A stretch of 52,388 bases of DNA. Source: an uncultured Candidatus Sumerlaeota bacterium (lineage in GTDB: Bacteria > CAYMEV01). A model generated the notes under the pieces. That model had not been told where the DNA came from, searched no databases, and was given only the letters and a program-made list of their open reading frames with translations. Position 1 is the stretch's first letter, and each line of letters begins with the position of its first letter. The stretch spans positions 1 through 52,388 of the forward strand of contig CAYMEV010000025.1 in NCBI GenBank assembly GCA_964389675.1. The letters are read 5' to 3'. Positions 46,964 through 52,388 of the stretch are shown here, piece after piece. Made by a program: the position numbers and the translations under genes.

Positions 46964-49177
46964 TTAAAATATCCGATTCATCCTGGTTTTGATGAATTCA
47001 TATGAGATACCTGAGATTGAGACATATTCGAGAATATAGATATAGCTTTTGTCTGGATCGATATGATCATCAAAGGAATAACTAATAGGATAATTGTATG
47101 GAGTTAATGAGTTCCCGGCCGAAAGGACTATATAGTCATTGATTTTTACAGGAATGAAAGGCATAAATGGGCTATTCCTTCTGGCTGTGATCCTATACAG
47201 ATTAAAGCCTAAAATATTTATCTCATTAAGGGTTGTCCAGCCAATGACAGCTTTATTCCCAAAGCCTCTTGCAGTAAAGGAATCAAATTCCACTGTGCTG
47301 TATAACTCTCTAGTGATTTGATTATTCGAGTAATCTGTATCACATGGTGCTATATCCGTTACACAGGCAGTAATAAAGTATAATAAGGGATCAGTATCAG
47401 GATCGGTAGTCCACTCTGAAGATATCTCAACATGACCCCCCGGTTCAATCATGCTGAATGAAACTGTTTCAATAAGGTTAAGGCCTAAATTCGGCTCTGT
47501 TGAGCAGTAGAAAGAAATATTGCCTGATTCAATGTTTTGATATCCTGTATTGTGTACATTTGCATCAATATGGATGGTATCTCCGGGCATGGGTGATTCC
47601 GGATAATAAACCATATCCTCAACTTTAATCATTGCATCGCTTGCTTCCGGGCATTCCTGGGCTGGCACCAATCTGGCCAAAAATATGTCCTGACAACCTG
47701 CCGGGATCTGCCTGTATCCAGGCTCAGACATAAAGCCAAAAAATGCTGTACACATAAATGCCCCCGTTGCATAAACACTCTGATCAGGGCCGGCAGAGAT
47801 TCCCATGCCATAATCGTTCGAACTGCCCCCAGCCTTTCTTGCCCAGTGAAAATTGCCGTCTGTATCAAGTTTTGACCAGAAAATATCAGGATAAAAATGC
47901 CTGTACTGCCAGTCTGATAAAAGAAGGGTGTACCCCTCTTCCCCTGGCTGGCCGAATTCAGCATAACGGTCAAAAGTACCAGATATATAGGAATTGCCCT
48001 CTGCATCGGCAGTAATATCATAGACTTTGTCATGGCCTGATCCTCCTGCCTTTCTTGCCCATATAAAATTTCCACCATTATCTATTTTTGCGATATAACA
48101 GTCAAGCCCTCCAGTATCGCCAGTTGCATTAAGCTCGGTATAACCGGGTTCACCTGGCTCACCGAATTCTGCTCTTCCAAAGAAGATGCCGGTGACATAT
48201 GAATTTCCGCTGTTATCCTGGGCAATTCCGCAGGGATAAACACCAGGAAGGGGCTTTGTCCATATAAAATTTCCATACTTATCAATCTTTGTAATAAAAC
48301 TACCTGCTCCATTAATCTGTGTATATCCTTCCTCCCCTGGTTCACCAAAGTCTGCGGGGCTGCCACATAGGCCCGCAACATAGCAGTTTCTTTCCTGATC
48401 AAGAGCAATAGCACACCCGCGGTCAAAGCCCTCTCCTCCTGCTTTCCTTGCCCAGAGGAAATTCCCGTCGGTATCAAGCTTGGTTATGAAAACATCCCTG
48501 TAACTGGACTCAAGCAGGGTATATCCCGGACTTCCCGGGTCACCAAAGTCCGACAATCCTAAGAATTCTCCTGTAACATACACATTTCCTGAGCTGTCAG
48601 CCGCTATGGCCATGCCGGTTTCGGGATAATAAAATTCATAATCTAAACCAGGCCCCCCTGTTCTCCTTGCCCATTGGAAATTCCCATCTGCATCAAGCTT
48701 GGAGATATAAATATCGGCGCTGCCATTGGAAACCAGGTATGTGTATCCTTCTTCCCCAGGTTCACCAAAATGTGCTTCATTTGTAAACCTTCCGGTAATA
48801 TAGCAGTTGCCGTCCTGATCAATTGCTATTCCATTACCTGAATTATTAAGATGACCTCCTGCTTTCCTTGCCCAGAGGAAATCTCCTTCAGCATCAAGTT
48901 TAACTATAAATACAGTATCATGGTGTGAAGAAACAGCCTCAAGCACAGTGTACCCAGGTTCTCCTTGAATGCCAAACCCGGATGAGCCCTGGAATGTCCC
49001 TATAATATAGCAGTTGCCGTCATTGTCAACTGCTATATCCTCTCCGCAATCAAAACGCTTTCCGCCTGCCTTGTTAATCCAGGCAAGTTCAGGCAATTGC
49101 TGAGACGCCATTATGCATGGCGATATTATTATAAACAGCATTATCATGATAAAAATACTTCTACATTTTGATTTCAT
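46964..49177 (-). CDS. Secreted SBBP-repeat beta-propeller protein with CARDB-like and C-terminal Ig/Fn-like domains
   Basis: Signal peptide; about 7 repeats of IA.D..GN.Y.TG.F...FG.PG..GYT...D.FI.KLD.DGNF.W; V.N.G; VEFDSFTA...W.T..E.N..GFNLYR. Confidence 0.85.
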   Translation of the reverse strand: MKSKCRSIFIMIMLFIIISPCIMASQQLPELAWINKAGGKRFDCGEDIAVDNDGNCYIIGTFQGSSGFGIQGEPGYTVLEAVSSHHDTVFIVKLDAEGDFLWARKAGGHLNNSGNGIAIDQDGNCYITGRFTNEAHFGEPGEEGYTYLVSNGSADIYISKLDADGNFQWARRTGGPGLDYEFYYPETGMAIAADSSGNVYVTGEFLGLSDFGDPGSPGYTLLESSYRDVFITKLDTDGNFLWARKAGGEGFDRGCAIALDQERNCYVAGLCGSPADFGEPGEEGYTQINGAGSFITKIDKYGNFIWTKPLPGVYPCGIAQDNSGNSYVTGIFFGRAEFGEPGEPGYTELNATGDTGGLDCYIAKIDNGGNFIWARKAGGSGHDKVYDITADAEGNSYISGTFDRYAEFGQPGEEGYTLLLSDWQYRHFYPDIFWSKLDTDGNFHWARKAGGSSNDYGMGISAGPDQSVYATGAFMCTAFFGFMSEPGYRQIPAGCQDIFLARLVPAQECPEASDAMIKVEDMVYYPESPMPGDTIHIDANVHNTGYQNIESGNISFYCSTEPNLGLNLIETVSFSMIEPGGHVEISSEWTTDPDTDPLLYFITACVTDIAPCDTDYSNNQITRELYSTVEFDSFTARGFGNKAVIGWTTLNEINILGFNLYRITARRNSPFMPFIPVKINDYIVLSAGNSLTPYNYPISYSFDDHIDPDKSYIYILEYVSISGISYEFIKTRMNRIF

Positions 49178-49280
49178 ATATTACTTCCTCCTTTTTTTAT
49201 TATAAACAGTCCATGCAGCCATGTCAAGAGCAGCTCAAATAATTTGCTGACAGACCAGATTAGGCACACAGATTATATTA

Positions 49281-49308
49281 TTGATAATTTCAAGATTTCA
49301 GCTAAAAT
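49281..49308 (+). promoter_or_regulatory. Sigma-70-type promoter, likely giving a leaderless transcript
   Basis: TTGATA-16 nt-TAAAAT; ATG lies 7 nt downstream and has no SD. Confidence 0.5.
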
Positions 49309-49315
49309 TATACAA

Positions 49316-52300
49316 ATGTCTAAAATCCACAAAAAGCTTTCATTTCCCAATATTAACTGCCTTAAATCCTCTGCGGGTTCCGGAAAGACATTTTCCCTTG
49401 CATGCTGGTACCTCAGAATACTGCTAAGCAATGAATTATCAGGAAATTTTAGTGACAGATTCAGGAAGATTCTGGCAATCACCTTCACAAATAAAGCATC
49501 CAAGGAAATGAAGCAGAGGGTCCTCTCATATATACGGGCTGTCGCTCTGGATATTACAGATATAACAGACAGTTTGAGGGTATTTGACGAGCTTTCAGAC
49601 ATTAGATCCGATAGTATCAGAAAAAGGGCTGAGGAAATCTACAATGAAATACTTTCAAACTATGAGCATTTCAATATTGGTACGATCGACAGCTTTATAA
49701 AATCCATGCTTGTCCCGCTATCACTCTCAATGGGTATGAATCCGCGTTTTGAGATAGATAATGATAAAGAGCAGTATATAAAATCCGCTTTGAGGGAATA
49801 TATAAATGATACCATTAAAAAAAGCAACCCTTCAGATCTTGAATTGCTTGAAAACATAATAAATGATCAGTTTTCCTATGAGAAAGACTCATTTTTCCCG
49901 GAAAAGGGTATTTTAGATACGATAATATCAATTCTTATGCATAATGAAAGCGTATATGGCAGGAAATTTGCCGATAAAAAAGTTGACCCTGATGCTTATA
50001 TCCAATTAGTAGGTGAAATTGCTGATCTGGCAAAAGAATATAAAAGAATCATAGCTGACTATAATCTTCTTCCCTCAATAAACTTCAAAAATTGCCTTGA
50101 AAATTTATCCGGCCTAAATTCAAATAGATGCAGCTGGCAAGACTTTAAAAAGGCTATAAGAAGCAAGCTTATCAGGAAAAATCCTGGTGGATTTAAAAAT
50201 GCCAGCCCTCCTGCGCCCCCTGATTTGGAAAAGCTCTGGAAAGTCATAATGGAAAAAATAAGCCTTGTGCTGGAGAATAAATCAATAACATACCATTCAA
50301 AGCATATAGAACTCTATGGCAGGATCAAACATTACCTGGATATGCAGAAGAACGAAAATGGAATTGTCTTCATTGACGATCTGAATAAAAAGCTAAAAGA
50401 AGCCACTGTGGATAATCAAATGCTTTTGTTCATTTTCGGTTACATCAAGCATTTCCTTATTGATGAATTCCAGGATACAAACCTTCTTCAGATTGACAAT
50501 CTCCATCCATTGATTCTCGAGGCACTTTCCAGCAATGGAAGCCTTTTCTTCGTGGGTGACAGAAAGCAGTCCATATACAGGTTCAGAGGAAGTGACAGCA
50601 GAATATTCGATAAGATGCGTAATATATTCAATATCAGTGTAGAATTTAACAGCCTGGATACTAATTACAGGTCTCTTAAAAGGATCGTTGAATTCAATAA
50701 CAGCATTTTCTGCCCCGATAAGGTCCTTGAATGGAGCAATAAAATCCTTAATCATGGGCTAAAAGACCAAAACATTGATTTGCCACAGAATTTCATAGAG
50801 AGCTTGTCCTCCAGAATCAGTGATGACTATAAGGACTCAGAACAGAAAGCCCAAAAAGCAGGTCTTGCAAAGGAAGGTTTCATTCATATTGAGAATATAG
50901 AGCACGTGGATACTGATGACTATGGATACCTGATTGATCTTCTCAGGGATGACATCCTGAGAAGGTATAATAAACGCGATGTGGCAATCCTTACCTTTAA
51001 GAACGAGGAAAGCAGCAACATATCACAGCTGCTTACAAACAGCCGGATTCCAAATATAAGCGATAATTCTCTTGATATAAGGGATAATAAGACAGTAAGG
51101 GCCATTATATCCCTGATAAATTATATTATGAATCCTTTAAAGGAAAGATTCCTCTTTGAATTTGTTATCTCAGAACCTTTTATCAGGTGGTATTCCTTAT
51201 ACAGGAATAATATAAAGCAGGAAGACCTTTTTAACATGCTTGAAAAACGCAGAAAGAATGAGCCTCTTTCAGAATATATTAATAAAAAGCTTCCTGAGCT
51301 TGACAGCGAGCTTATTATGCCACTGCATACAGTTCTGAGGCTGAAAAGCTTTTATTCCTTCTGCAGAGACCTGTGCAGAAAGCTTGAGATACTGAAGTAC
51401 TTTCCTGAGGATATTATATTCATTTACAAGCTTTTTGAATTTATCTACAGCAGCACCAGCAAATCCCGTTCATCAAGCGAAGAGCTTGTTAATACCCTTA
51501 ATTCTGAAGAGAAGGACAAGGACCTTGAAATAGAAGCATCAGAAGACCTTGATTCAGTCAAGATCCTCACCATACACAAGTCTAAAGGCCTGCAGTTCCC
51601 TGTGGTCATAATCCCTAAAATCAAATTTAACCATTCTAAAGTAATGAGAATAAATGATGTTGTGGCGGTAAAAAATGATGGGCTTTATCTATACAGGATG
51701 TCCAAAAGATATCTGCATTTATCAGATAAACTCCTTAATCTATATGCTGATGAACTTACATCAAATATATCTGACAGCATCAACATGCTTTATGTCGCAT
51801 TTACCAGACCTTCAGAGGAGCTCTACCTGTTTTTTGCCGAAAACCCAAAAGATGATAATAAATCCTATATAAGCCTTCTTGATAAACAATCTGAAATAAT
51901 AGAATCATTAGAAAGCGGAAAACAGCATTTTATCGGAATAAAGACCAAATGTTCTCCTGAACCGGAAACAAATCAGTATGTTTTTAAGAATATGATTTCA
52001 GATAAGCCTGATAAAAACTGGGAAGGCATGATCCTGAAGGACGAATCACCTGTAGCCCCAATTGAATGCTGTAAAAGCCTTGATGATTACCTTGTATATG
52101 ATACAGCAGGAAGCTTTTTGAGATCGAGGTCCCTTTTCAGTTCGCCAGATAATATGGAAAAGGATCTGAAAAGCTTTCTGGACCATAACGCAATTAAGGA
52201 TGAGTACATTATCCAGGAAATAGAAAAGCGGGTGAAATATCTTCTCGCAGACAAGAAGATCATCTTCCTAAATTACGGGAAAAACATTAAAAAAAATTTT

Positions 52301-52388
52301 ACCCTCCTCGATAAATCAGGGTCAACGGTTGTTTTTGACAGATTCCTTGTTCTTGATAAAAAGGCCTGTGTACTCCGGTATACCGTTT
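49316..52388 (+). CDS. AddA/RecB-like UvrD-family helicase (runs off the window; absent from the ORF track)
   Basis: Manual translation: SAGSGKT, LAITFTNKA..EMK.R, TIDSF, IDEFQDT, VGDRKQSIYRFRG, NYRS, TIHKSKGLQF and LYVAFTR. Confidence 0.93.
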   Translation, partial: MSKIHKKLSFPNINCLKSSAGSGKTFSLACWYLRILLSNELSGNFSDRFRKILAITFTNKASKEMKQRVLSYIRAVALDITDITDSLRVFDELSDIRSDSIRKRAEEIYNEILSNYEHFNIGTIDSFIKSMLVPLSLSMGMNPRFEIDNDKEQYIKSALREYINDTIKKSNPSDLELLENIINDQFSYEKDSFFPEKGILDTIISILMHNESVYGRKFADKKVDPDAYIQLVGEIADLAKEYKRIIADYNLLPSINFKNCLENLSGLNSNRCSWQDFKKAIRSKLIRKNPGGFKNASPPAPPDLEKLWKVIMEKISLVLENKSITYHSKHIELYGRIKHYLDMQKNENGIVFIDDLNKKLKEATVDNQMLLFIFGYIKHFLIDEFQDTNLLQIDNLHPLILEALSSNGSLFFVGDRKQSIYRFRGSDSRIFDKMRNIFNISVEFNSLDTNYRSLKRIVEFNNSIFCPDKVLEWSNKILNHGLKDQNIDLPQNFIESLSSRISDDYKDSEQKAQKAGLAKEGFIHIENIEHVDTDDYGYLIDLLRDDILRRYNKRDVAILTFKNEESSNISQLLTNSRIPNISDNSLDIRDNKTVRAIISLINYIMNPLKERFLFEFVISEPFIRWYSLYRNNIKQEDLFNMLEKRRKNEPLSEYINKKLPELDSELIMPLHTVLRLKSFYSFCRDLCRKLEILKYFPEDIIFIYKLFEFIYSSTSKSRSSSEELVNTLNSEEKDKDLEIEASEDLDSVKILTIHKSKGLQFPVVIIPKIKFNHSKVMRINDVVAVKNDGLYLYRMSKRYLHLSDKLLNLYADELTSNISDSINMLYVAFTRPSEELYLFFAENPKDDNKSYISLLDKQSEIIESLESGKQHFIGIKTKCSPEPETNQYVFKNMISDKPDKNWEGMILKDESPVAPIECCKSLDDYLVYDTAGSFLRSRSLFSSPDNMEKDLKSFLDHNAIKDEYIIQEIEKRVKYLLADKKIIFLNYGKNIKKNFTLLDKSGSTVVFDRFLVLDKKACVLRYTV

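Noticed and set aside
47629-49100. DNA repeats as a non-coding array
   Set aside because: They are in-frame SBBP protein repeats.
1-52388. Alternative genetic code or stop-codon readthrough
   Set aside because: TGA, TAG and TAA all end conserved genes at expected C-termini (for example ahcY TGA, cphA1 TAG, ndk TAA). The missing ORFs are explained by start codons or the window edge.
1-52388. CRISPR arrays, tRNA/rRNA, IS elements, prophage
   Set aside because: I recognised no repeat-spacer periodicity, RNA gene signature, transposase, integrase or phage gene.

Overview
Gene-dense, AT-rich bacterial chromosome segment, probably from an anaerobic diderm; the lineage cannot be determined from the window. 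It holds about 42 CDSs. I recognised no rRNA, tRNA, CRISPR array or mobile element. Housekeeping genes include ahcY, ndk, a ychF-like ATPase, archease, elbB, folE, malic enzyme, an rpoD-like sigma factor, rnz, dtxR-feoA-feoB, a prolyl oligopeptidase, a two-permease RND pump, rlpA and a partial AddA-like helicase. Main points of interest: (1) a five-gene cyanophycin operon (cphB, cphA2-like, iadA, cphA1, small ORF) in a genome that does not look cyanobacterial, with cphB apparently starting at ATA; (2) an apparently exported isoaspartyl methyltransferase coupled to a polytopic membrane protein whose SAM-binding domain is predicted to face outward, convergent with ahcY; (3) a radical SAM/PDZ/DUF512 (Mmp10-like, putatively B12-dependent) enzyme followed by a methyltransferase carrying an in-frame G10 tract; (4) a class II amidotransferase homolog lacking its catalytic Cys and bearing a putative wHTH tail; (5) several clear cis-elements, including a sigma-54 promoter with an upstream palindrome, a DtxR-type operator over a -10 box, and leaderless-type promoters. 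Three genes were missed or truncated by the ORF track: 20529-21428, 27037-27513 and 49316 to the end. All family calls come from motif recognition by eye, not database searches.
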